Shown one piece after another: positions 8,787 to 18,108 of a stretch of 64,000 bases of DNA; the first letter of the stretch is position 1, and each line of letters starts with the position of its first letter. The notes below the pieces were generated by a model. That model did no database searches, had not been told where the DNA came from, and saw nothing but the letters and a program-made list of their open reading frames with translations. The stretch is taken from positions 139,648-203,647 of the forward strand of contig CAZNDG010000001.1 of NCBI GenBank assembly GCA_964571695.1, in the 5' to 3' direction. A program made the translations under genes and the position numbers. The stretch comes from an uncultured Syntrophus sp. (GTDB lineage Bacteria > Desulfobacterota > Syntrophia > Syntrophales > UBA8958).

Positions 8787-9254
8787 CTATTCCTTGCGGC
8801 TCAGGCAGACGTCCACTACGAACGACCCGGAATCCGTATCGAAGGGGATGATGATGCTCGGACCTCCCATGACGTGAAGGATGGAATGGTTCCGCCCCGA
8901 AACGACCGTCGGGATGGCGGCGGTGATGCTGTAACCGGAGGCTTCCATTTTTTTCCTGGCTACACCGGATACCATGTTGGTAAGCTCGCCGACCGCGTCC
9001 TTGATATCGCCGTTCATGTCGGTAATGGTTTCTCCCAGCATGTTTGCGACGATCTTCAGGATGGCCCCCTCACTGAAGCTCAGTGCCAGGGAACCCCGGG
9101 CGTCCCCCGTCAGGCCGATTATCCCGGAAATATCGCCCTTGGCGGCGTTGTCATTTTTCAGATAAGGCTTGCCCGGCAGCGGCTCCACGAAAGCCATCGT
9201 TTTGAGCACCTCCACCGTCGCCTCCAGGAAAGGGTTGATAAATGCTACGTTCAT
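8787..9254 (-). CDS. cheX: CheY-P phosphatase CheX
   Basis: 155 aa. MNVAFINPFLEATVEVLKTMAFVEP...GDISGIIGLTGDARGSLALSFSE... matches the CheX/CheC-family fold pattern. It is adjacent to cheY. Confidence 0.8.
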   Translation of the reverse strand: MNVAFINPFLEATVEVLKTMAFVEPLPGKPYLKNDNAAKGDISGIIGLTGDARGSLALSFSEGAILKIVANMLGETITDMNGDIKDAVGELTNMVSGVARKKMEASGYSITAAIPTVVSGRNHSILHVMGGPSIIIPFDTDSGSFVVDVCLSRKE

Positions 9255-9284
9255 TATTTTTACCTCGCGTCCTTATTGTATTCG

Positions 9285-9668
9285 TCAATCCGCTCCAAGT
9301 ATCTTTACGATCTTTTCATTCAACGTCTCGGCGGTAAAGGGTTTCACGATATAATTACTTACACCCGCCTTGACGGCCGCAATCACGTTTTCCTGCAACG
9401 CCTCCGCCGTCACCATGAGAAAAGGCGTCTTGGCCAGATCCGCATCGGCCCGCACCGCCTTGAGGAGCTCCAGGCCGGTCATGTTCGGCATATTCCAGTC
9501 CGCGATCACAAAGTCTATTTGCTGCGATTTTAGCACCCGCAAACCGATCGATCCATCCTCGGCCTCGACAATATTCTCGAATCCGATCTGTTTCAAAATG
9601 TTTCTGATCACCTTGCGCATGGTGGCAAAATCGTCGACAACCAGTATCTTGATATTCTTGTCCATCAA
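9285..9668 (-). CDS. cheY: Chemotaxis response regulator CheY
   Basis: 127 aa single REC domain. Motifs are [31 protein letters not shown] and NYIVKPF. Confidence 0.92.
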   Translation of the reverse strand: MMDKNIKILVVDDFATMRKVIRNILKQIGFENIVEAEDGSIGLRVLKSQQIDFVIADWNMPNMTGLELLKAVRADADLAKTPFLMVTAEALQENVIAAVKAGVSNYIVKPFTAETLNEKIVKILGAD

Positions 9669-10153
9669 TCCTCCCGAGTAAATTGCTCATCGTTCATCAT
9701 CAAGACCGCCTCAAAATATCCACCGCCGTCCCCATCGAAAGCCACATAGACCACACCCTCTCCCGTACCGCCAGCCGCGGTGCCTGCCGCGGGCTCACCA
9801 TAAATAGGCAGGCCCATTTTGAAAAGGCGGTCGGGATTGTATTTCTGGAGAAAATCTCCACAAATCATGTTCAAACATTCCTTGAGGCAATCCTGTCGGA
9901 TCGGCTCCGTAACCTCTTCACGATCGAGATTCAGGGAATTGGCGATCATCTGTTGCGCCAGGCCTTCAGAAAAAAAAACGACTATATTGCCTGTTGCCGG
10001 TCCCGAAAAAGATATGTTCAAAACCCTTTCGCGCCGTTCCGGCAAATGTCTTTCTCTTCCTTCGAGGAAAACATAATACATCTTTTCAAAGACCTCATAG
10101 ACCGCGTTGTTGAATATCTTCCTTAGCTCCTGTATGTTCATCGCCCCCCCCAT
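9665..10153 (-). CDS. CheX/CheC-like domain protein (divergent)
   Basis: 162 aa. Layout resembles CheX-like proteins (N-terminal helix ...[13 protein letters not shown]..., then ...[28 protein letters not shown]...). It overlaps cheY by 4 nt. The assignment rests on pattern resemblance only. Confidence 0.45.
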   Translation of the reverse strand: MGGAMNIQELRKIFNNAVYEVFEKMYYVFLEGRERHLPERRERVLNISFSGPATGNIVVFFSEGLAQQMIANSLNLDREEVTEPIRQDCLKECLNMICGDFLQKYNPDRLFKMGLPIYGEPAAGTAAGGTGEGVVYVAFDGDGGGYFEAVLMMNDEQFTRED

Positions 10154-10186
10154 AAATGTCTCGATCGCTTTTTCCCGCCACCCTGG

Positions 10187-11035
10187 CTAATTTACAATAT
10201 GGAGAAGTTCATTTGCCTGCTCCAACTCGTCAAAGAGGACCAACATGCTCTCCTCCAGATCGTTCTCCTTCAATCCGTATTTGTGCATCACTTCACTGAT
10301 GCCGCGGTGGGCCAGGCCATCCATGCCACCATCGATTCCCATCATGAGACAAAATTGATCGGCGATATAAACGAGACTGGGGATCATGGTATCGCCCGAA
10401 AGGATGCGATCGGGTCGGTGGTGATAGGCGATTGCATCATGAATCTCCGGAGGGAAATTCCAATACACCGCAACCCGCCCCCCCAACTCCGCATGATTGA
10501 TCCCGATGACGGCCTCTTCCGCCTCGAGAAATGAATATTTACCCGAATCCATAAGCTCGAAGATCTTTTGCGAAGACTCCTGGACATACTCGCCCATGAC
10601 CAGTTTTCCCACGTCATGGAGCAATGCCGCTGTGTACAATACCGTATCCTCCTTCCGGGCAATCCGGCGGCTGAGGATCTGCGACATCAGGGCAACCGCG
10701 ATGGAATGCTCCCAAAGTTCCCTGGTCTTCATACCGTATCCGGCTGAGCGTTTGGAAAAAATCCGGCTGACGCTGGCTGTCTGCAGCGCCCGGACAAGAT
10801 TCTTCTGCCCCAGGTAGATCACGGCGTCATGAATGGACCTTATCTTCTGGCGGACTCCGAAGTATGCGGAATTGCTAATTTTAAGAATATTTGCAGCGAT
10901 TCCCTGATCGTATTTGATCACGTTGACAACATCGTTGACGGCATAATCTTCATTCTTCAGCAGTTCCGAAACTTTATGTACCGTGGTGGGAAAAGCCGGC
11001 AATTGTTTGATGGACAGGAGTATCTTTTCTATCAT
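10187..11035 (-). CDS. HDOD domain protein
   Basis: 282 aa. ...LPAFPTTVHKVSELLKNEDYAVNDVVNVIKYDQGIAANILKISNSAYFG...AVIYLGQKNL...LLHDVGKLVM... is the typical HDOD pattern. Its ATG abuts the cheD stop. Confidence 0.8.
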   Translation of the reverse strand: MIEKILLSIKQLPAFPTTVHKVSELLKNEDYAVNDVVNVIKYDQGIAANILKISNSAYFGVRQKIRSIHDAVIYLGQKNLVRALQTASVSRIFSKRSAGYGMKTRELWEHSIAVALMSQILSRRIARKEDTVLYTAALLHDVGKLVMGEYVQESSQKIFELMDSGKYSFLEAEEAVIGINHAELGGRVAVYWNFPPEIHDAIAYHHRPDRILSGDTMIPSLVYIADQFCLMMGIDGGMDGLAHRGISEVMHKYGLKENDLEESMLVLFDELEQANELLHIVN

Positions 11036-11518
11036 TCAAAGCTCCTTCGCCATGCCGCCCGAGGTCCGGACAAAACATTTGCCGTCGGCAATTTGAAGAC
11101 GAACGGTGCGGTTGTAATTCTGGCCTGTATCTTCAGAATCGACCATCACATTGTTCTTCCAGAAGATCTTTCGGACGGCGGTGATATTCTTCTGACCGAT
11201 TCGAAAATAATCCCCATCATTCAGGATGCTGGCGCCTCCGGCGATCTTGACTATCATCCGCCTCTTTTCGGCCCCCAGGGCATAGCAGGATTTGAAAAGC
11301 AGCGGGATGCCCGTATCGGCGAACATGGCCGGACATTCGGACGCCTTCTTCTTATCGAGATTCGAGTCCGGCAGCATGAAGTGGAGCAATCCCCCAACCA
11401 TCGCCATCGGATCGAAAACAACAACGGCAATGCAAGAACCCAAGGCATAAGTCACAAGGACATCGCCGGGTTTTTTGCTGCAATTGAAGTCGGATATGCC
11501 GATAATAACATCGCCCAT
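11036..11518 (-). CDS. cheD: Chemoreceptor glutamine deamidase CheD (copy 1, intact)
   Basis: 160 aa. ...LVTYALGSCIAVVVFDPMAMVGGLLHFMLP...VKIAGGASIL...IGQKNITAVRKIF...DTGQNYNRTVRLQIADGKCFV shows the catalytic Cys/His context of CheD. Confidence 0.9.
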   Translation of the reverse strand: MGDVIIGISDFNCSKKPGDVLVTYALGSCIAVVVFDPMAMVGGLLHFMLPDSNLDKKKASECPAMFADTGIPLLFKSCYALGAEKRRMIVKIAGGASILNDGDYFRIGQKNITAVRKIFWKNNVMVDSEDTGQNYNRTVRLQIADGKCFVRTSGGMAKEL

Positions 11519-11553
11519 AGAGTTTATAGATTAAACTTTTATCGTTTTCAACA

Positions 11554-11569
11554 TGCAAATCGAGGACCA
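11554..11569 (-). promoter_or_regulatory. Sigma-54 promoter upstream of the cheD-HDOD-cheX-like-cheY-cheX unit
   Basis: The minus strand reads TGGTCCTCGATTTGCA (TGG-N8-TTGCA). It lies about 37 nt upstream of the cheD ATG at 11518. Confidence 0.6.
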
Positions 11570-11642
11570 CTTATCCGGCAAGGGAAGACATCCAAAATTA
11601 TATCCGAATTTTTTCTTTGGAATCTGTTCCGAAATGGAACTG

Positions 11643-13010
11643 TTATAGGCGTTTCAGTTTTTCTACGAGGGTCGTTCGTTTCAAGTTCAGCATCTTTGCG
11701 GCTTTGTTCTTGACGCCTCCACACTTTTCGAGGGCCTTGAGGATCAATTCCCTTTCATATGCGATCAGCATCTTGTTGAAATCAACCCCTTCTTCGGGAA
11801 GATCAACCTCACTTGTCGCCGGTTGCTCCCGCTTCTGCTTTCGAATCTTGCTGGGCAGATCATCTATTGTAACAACACCGTTTTCTTTCATAACCACCAG
11901 CATTTCAATGAGATTTTCCATCTCCCGCACGTTTCCCGGCCAGTGATAAGAGTTCAGGGCGCCCAAGGCTTCCTGATCGATGCGAATGACGTTCTTTTTC
12001 TTTTGCTGATTGAATTTCTTCAGGAAATGATTGGCCAGAATCGCCATATCCATTCCCCTTACCCGGAGGGGGGGTAAAAAGATCGGGATGACATTTATCC
12101 GGTAGTAAAGGTCCTCACGAAACCTTTTGGCCGTCACCAGTTCATCGAGATCCTGATTGGTGGCGGTGATGATCCTTACATCGGCAGTCATGGTTTTGAC
12201 GCCGCCGATTCTTTCGAACTGCTTTTCTTGAATCACCCGCAATAACTTTACCTGAAGCGCCGGAGACATGTCGCCGATCTCATCCAGGAATATGCTTCCT
12301 CCCTGGGCCAGTTCAAATCTTCCGATCCGCGTCCGAATGGCCCCGGTAAAGGCCCCCTTCTCATGCCCAAAAAGTTCGCTTTCCAGGAGTTCCTCGGGTA
12401 TGGCTCCGCAGTTCACGGCAACCAGCGGCCGGTATCGCCGATCACTGTTGAAATGTATCGCCTGAGCCACCAGTTCCTTTCCCGTGCCGCTTTCGCCATG
12501 GATCAGGACGGTGCTGTCCGTCTTGGCAACCTTTTCTATCTTCTCGAAGACTTTTTTCATCGAATCGCTGTAACCGATCATTTTACCAAAATCGAACTTG
12601 TCCTGCAGTCGGTCCTTAAGGTCGATGTTCTCTTCCTTAAGCCTGGCAAAAGACAAAGCCCGGGATACGGTAAGCCGGACCAGGTCGTCTTTTAGGGGTT
12701 TGGTAATATAATCGAAGGCCCCGATCTTCATGGCATCGACGGCCGTTTGAACGCTGCCGTATCCGGTCACGAGAATAATGAGCTGGTCGGCATTGAGCTC
12801 TTTGATTTGCCTCAATAACTCCAGGCCGTCCATATTAGGCATGCGGAGATCGGTGATGATGAGATCATAGCTGTCATGGCCAAAAGCATCCAACGCCTGC
12901 CGTCCATCCCCTACACCATGGGTCTCATAACCGCAGGATTCCAGCAGTTCCTGCAAATTCTGCAAATTCAGATCATCGTCTTCGGCAATTAAGATCTTGA
13001 AGGCCTTCAT
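11643..13010 (-). CDS. Sigma-54-dependent response regulator (NtrC family EBP)
   Basis: ORF track gives 11643..13052 (TTG). I prefer the ATG at 13008-13010 (MKAFKILIAEDDD...), but the start is uncertain. It has a REC domain, an AAA+ domain (GESGTGKE, GAFTGA) and a C-terminal HTH (AAKMLNLKRTTLVEKL). Confidence 0.9.
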   Translation of the reverse strand: MKAFKILIAEDDDLNLQNLQELLESCGYETHGVGDGRQALDAFGHDSYDLIITDLRMPNMDGLELLRQIKELNADQLIILVTGYGSVQTAVDAMKIGAFDYITKPLKDDLVRLTVSRALSFARLKEENIDLKDRLQDKFDFGKMIGYSDSMKKVFEKIEKVAKTDSTVLIHGESGTGKELVAQAIHFNSDRRYRPLVAVNCGAIPEELLESELFGHEKGAFTGAIRTRIGRFELAQGGSIFLDEIGDMSPALQVKLLRVIQEKQFERIGGVKTMTADVRIITATNQDLDELVTAKRFREDLYYRINVIPIFLPPLRVRGMDMAILANHFLKKFNQQKKKNVIRIDQEALGALNSYHWPGNVREMENLIEMLVVMKENGVVTIDDLPSKIRKQKREQPATSEVDLPEEGVDFNKMLIAYERELILKALEKCGGVKNKAAKMLNLKRTTLVEKLKRL

Positions 13011-13184
13011 GTTATGAACATCAAGCTCCACATTCGTTCCAAAAGCGAACAAAGATATTTTTCCGCGTCAATGAGATGACATACTTCGTCAACAATCACT
13101 CGATGTCAAGATATTTTTTCGTCGCGGAAACAAAAGTTTCCCCGGTAACGACTTGGTTTATTTAGAAAACGCCCTTACATTTCC

Positions 13185-13200
13185 TGGTCCGAATATTGCA
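13185..13200 (+). promoter_or_regulatory. Sigma-54 promoter upstream of the mcp-cheR-cheY-cheD-cheB-cheA-cheW-mcp operon
   Basis: The plus strand reads TGGTCCGAATATTGCA (TGG-N8-TTGCA). It lies about 108 nt upstream of the ATG at 13308 and is divergent from the EBP gene. Confidence 0.65.
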
Positions 13201-13307
13201 AACACTCTTTATCATATAAATAGACCGGCACCCCTGAGTCCTTTCCGGGCGAATGGGCATTGAAACGAAATATTATTATGATCATGATTCGAAAGGAGCC
13301 ACACAAA

Positions 13308-15188
13308 ATGAAAAAGGGTTTTTCACTAAATCAGAAAATGATGGCCGGCGGCATCCTTACGGTGTTGATACCGCTCCTGGTAATCGGTGGATTCGCGGCG
13401 GTCATGTCCTCCCGTTCGCTGAAGGAAATGTCTTACCAACAGTCGTCAAACGTCGCCAAGAGTCTTGCCGAGATGGTGGAACTCTCCATGATTGAAGAGA
13501 CAAAAATGGTAAAGGGTCTGACCGTTGACCCGGCGCTAAAGGATGCCGCCGCGGGAAGGACGGAGGCCGCCATAAGCAAACTCACATCGATGATAAAAAC
13601 GATCGGAAATGATTACGAGGTCCTTTTTGTCGCCGATACCACGGGCCTGATCCGTGCCGACGGCGTAGGCGGATCTTATCAGGGAATAAATATCGGCGAC
13701 CGGGACTATTTCATCAATGCCAAGGCCGGCAAGGCCAATGTGGGAACACCCATAAAATCGAAAAAGACGGGTAATCCCGTGGCGGTGGTCGCCGCCCCCA
13801 TCTTTGACAATTCCGGCACTTTCACAGGCATTGTCGCCGCCGCCCTCAAAATCGATTTTCTGATCGAAAGGATCACGGCCCTGAAAGTCGGCAAAACCGG
13901 TTATGCCTTTATGGCCGACAAGAACGGAACCGTAATCGCCCATCCCAACAAGGAATTCATCCTGGAACTAAATTTGAAAAACATTCAGGGGATGGAGAAC
14001 ATCTCGGCCCAGATGCTGGCCCAGAAAGCAGGGACGGAGGAATATGTCTTCAAGGGGGTAAAAAAGATTGCCGGATACTCCCCGGTGCCACTCACCGGCT
14101 GGACCGTCGCCATGACCCAGAACGAAGATGAATTCATGTCCACGGCTCATCTCATCCGCAACACCATCATCTTCATCGCCCTGGTTTTCCTGTCCCTGAC
14201 CATTCTCGTCGTGTACTTCTTCTCCCGGAGCATCTCCCGCCCCATCACCCGGGCCACCTATCAATTGACGGAAGCGGCGGCGCAGGTCTCCACGGGGTCC
14301 GACGAGGTATCAGCTTCCAGTCAGGCCTTGGCGGAGGGCGCCTCTGAACAGGCCTCGGCCCTTGAAGAGACATCCTCGTCCCTGGAGGAGATGTCGTCCA
14401 TGACCAAACAAAACGCCGGCAATGCCTCGGAGGCGGACGGTCTCATGAAACAGACCAACCTGGTGGTCAAAAAGGCCAATGATGCCATGAAGGATTTGAC
14501 CAATTCCATGCAGGATATTACCTCTGCCAGCGAGGAGACCTCCAAAATTATCAAGACCATCGATGAAATAGCATTCCAAACCAACCTCCTGGCCTTGAAT
14601 GCCGCCGTCGAAGCGGCACGGGCCGGAGAAGCGGGCGCGGGCTTCGCCGTCGTTGCCGAGGAGGTGCGCAACTTGGCGATGCGGGCCGCTGAAGCCGCCA
14701 AAAACACTTCCCAGCTCATCGAAGACACGGTAAGGAAGATCCGCGACGGGTCCGAAATCGTGGGCAAGACGAACGAGGCCTTTGCCGCCGTGGCGACCAA
14801 CGCCTCCAAGGTTGGCGAGCTGGTCGGCGAAATCTCCGCCGCCTCCAATGAACAGGCTCAGGGCATCGATCAGATAAACAGGGCGGTGGCCGAAATGGAC
14901 AAGGTCACCCAGCAGACGGCCGCTTCCGCGGAAGAGTCGGCATCCGCATCCGAAGAGATGAACGCCCAGGCCACCCAGATGAAGCAAATCTCCCTGGAAC
15001 TGCTCGATATTATCGGCGGTCAAGGAGCGGCTTACGACGACGGACTGAATCGCCCGAAGGTAAAAACGGATAAAAAGAAGGCGCTTGCCTGGTCGGCGGC
15101 ATTGAAGCCCGGCGGCAAAACAAAGGCCGTGTCGACCGGAAAATTGAAGAAGCTTCCGGAACCGAACGGTGATTTCAAGGATTTTTGA
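13308..15188 (+). CDS. Methyl-accepting chemotaxis protein with periplasmic dCache-like sensor
   Basis: ORF track starts at 13260. I start at 13308 ([10 protein letters not shown]...) because AAGGAG lies 8 nt upstream. The order is TM, a Cache-like region (...[19 protein letters not shown]...[17 protein letters not shown]...), TM, HAMP, then the MCP signalling domain ([38 protein letters not shown]). Confidence 0.9.
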   Translation: MKKGFSLNQKMMAGGILTVLIPLLVIGGFAAVMSSRSLKEMSYQQSSNVAKSLAEMVELSMIEETKMVKGLTVDPALKDAAAGRTEAAISKLTSMIKTIGNDYEVLFVADTTGLIRADGVGGSYQGINIGDRDYFINAKAGKANVGTPIKSKKTGNPVAVVAAPIFDNSGTFTGIVAAALKIDFLIERITALKVGKTGYAFMADKNGTVIAHPNKEFILELNLKNIQGMENISAQMLAQKAGTEEYVFKGVKKIAGYSPVPLTGWTVAMTQNEDEFMSTAHLIRNTIIFIALVFLSLTILVVYFFSRSISRPITRATYQLTEAAAQVSTGSDEVSASSQALAEGASEQASALEETSSSLEEMSSMTKQNAGNASEADGLMKQTNLVVKKANDAMKDLTNSMQDITSASEETSKIIKTIDEIAFQTNLLALNAAVEAARAGEAGAGFAVVAEEVRNLAMRAAEAAKNTSQLIEDTVRKIRDGSEIVGKTNEAFAAVATNASKVGELVGEISAASNEQAQGIDQINRAVAEMDKVTQQTAASAEESASASEEMNAQATQMKQISLELLDIIGGQGAAYDDGLNRPKVKTDKKKALAWSAALKPGGKTKAVSTGKLKKLPEPNGDFKDF

Positions 15189-15202
15189 TCAGCCGGTGAA
15201 GT

Positions 15203-16036
15203 ATGACCTATTCGGAACTACGTGATAAAGAGTTCGAGAAAATCAGCAAGCTGGTTTATGAACTCTGTGGGATCAACCTCCATGACGGCAAGAAGGAGCT
15301 CGTCAAGGCAAGGCTGGGGAAACGACTCCGGGAAGGGCAATTCAAGTCCTTTGCCGAATATTTCCGGTACGTCACCACGCCCGAAGGCAGCGATGAACTG
15401 ATCACGATGATCGATTCGCTCTCCACGAATTTAACCTACTTTTTTCGAGAGGATAAACACTTTCAAAGGCTGAAATCCATTCTGCCTCAAATCGTCCGGT
15501 CCGACAAGAGCCTTACGGCGCCCAGATTGAAGATCTGGTGCGCCGGATGCTCCACCGGAGAGGAGCCGTACTCCCTGGCGATAACCGTCAAAGAGTTACT
15601 GGGAAACGACATCGCCGGTGCAAAAATCATCGCCACGGACATCTCCACGCGGGTGCTAAAGACGGCACTCAGTGGCATCTATACGGAAGAAAAAATAAAA
15701 AAGATACCCAAAGACATCTTGCGCCGTCATTTCCAGTACGGCACCGGCACTTCCGCCGGCTTGTTCCGGGTAAAACAGGAACTTCGCCAACTTATCGATT
15801 TTCGGCGCTTCAACCTCATGGAACTGCCGCCGGCTGAATTTCGCTGCGACATTATCTTTTGCCGCAACGTAATGATCTATTTTGATAAAGCAACCCAAAA
15901 CAGCCTTGTCAACAGGTTTTTCGACTGCCTGAACAAGGGGGGTTATCTTTTCGTCGGCCATTCCGAAAGTCTGACGGGGCTGAAACATGACTTCACCTAT
16001 ATTGAACCGAGCATCTACAGAAAGACTAACAAATAG
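15203..16036 (+). CDS. cheR: Chemotaxis protein methyltransferase CheR
   Basis: 277 aa. ...TNLTYFFRE..HF... followed by IWCAGCSTGEEPYSLA (SAM-binding) and IFCRNVMIYFD. Confidence 0.92.
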   Translation: MTYSELRDKEFEKISKLVYELCGINLHDGKKELVKARLGKRLREGQFKSFAEYFRYVTTPEGSDELITMIDSLSTNLTYFFREDKHFQRLKSILPQIVRSDKSLTAPRLKIWCAGCSTGEEPYSLAITVKELLGNDIAGAKIIATDISTRVLKTALSGIYTEEKIKKIPKDILRRHFQYGTGTSAGLFRVKQELRQLIDFRRFNLMELPPAEFRCDIIFCRNVMIYFDKATQNSLVNRFFDCLNKGGYLFVGHSESLTGLKHDFTYIEPSIYRKTNK

Positions 16037-16111
16037 GATCGCCCCATGCCGGCGCCGGCGCCGGCCGCACCAGGAAAGAGCGTCACCATTTAAAAAAATG
16101 GAGAAGAATAA

Positions 16112-16546
16112 ATGTCCTGTAATGTTCTGATCGTTGACGATTCGCTTTCCATGAGATCAGTAATCCGCAAAATCATCACTCTTTCCAAATTCGACGTCGC
16201 CGCCTTTCATGAAGCGGCGAACGGAAGAGAAGCTCTGGACGCACTTGCATCGTCCTGGATCGACGTCGTCATTACGGACATCAATATGCCGGTAATGAAT
16301 GGCATCGAACTGATGCAGGAGCTTGGAAAAGACGATCTGTATCGAAACATTCCGGTTATCGTGGTTACCACCGAAGCCAACCGGGAGCGCATTGAAGAGG
16401 CGGCCCGTCTGGGTGCAAAGGGGTTTCTGAAGAAACCCTTTCTTCCCGAGGAACTCAAACATATCCTCCAATCCGCCCTCGGGCTTGAAAAATATGGAGA
16501 TTATCCGGAAAGGGATGAAATCGAAGGCGAAGATCTCGATTTCTAG
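16112..16546 (+). CDS. CheY-like single-domain response regulator
   Basis: 144 aa. REC motifs are VLIVDDSLSMR, VITDINMPVMNG, VIVVTTEA and FLKKPF, with an acidic C-terminal tail. Confidence 0.85.
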   Translation: MSCNVLIVDDSLSMRSVIRKIITLSKFDVAAFHEAANGREALDALASSWIDVVITDINMPVMNGIELMQELGKDDLYRNIPVIVVTTEANRERIEEAARLGAKGFLKKPFLPEELKHILQSALGLEKYGDYPERDEIEGEDLDF

Positions 16547-16557
16547 AAATCAGTCCT

Positions 16558-18106
<1,549 letters not shown>

Positions 18107-18108
18107 CA

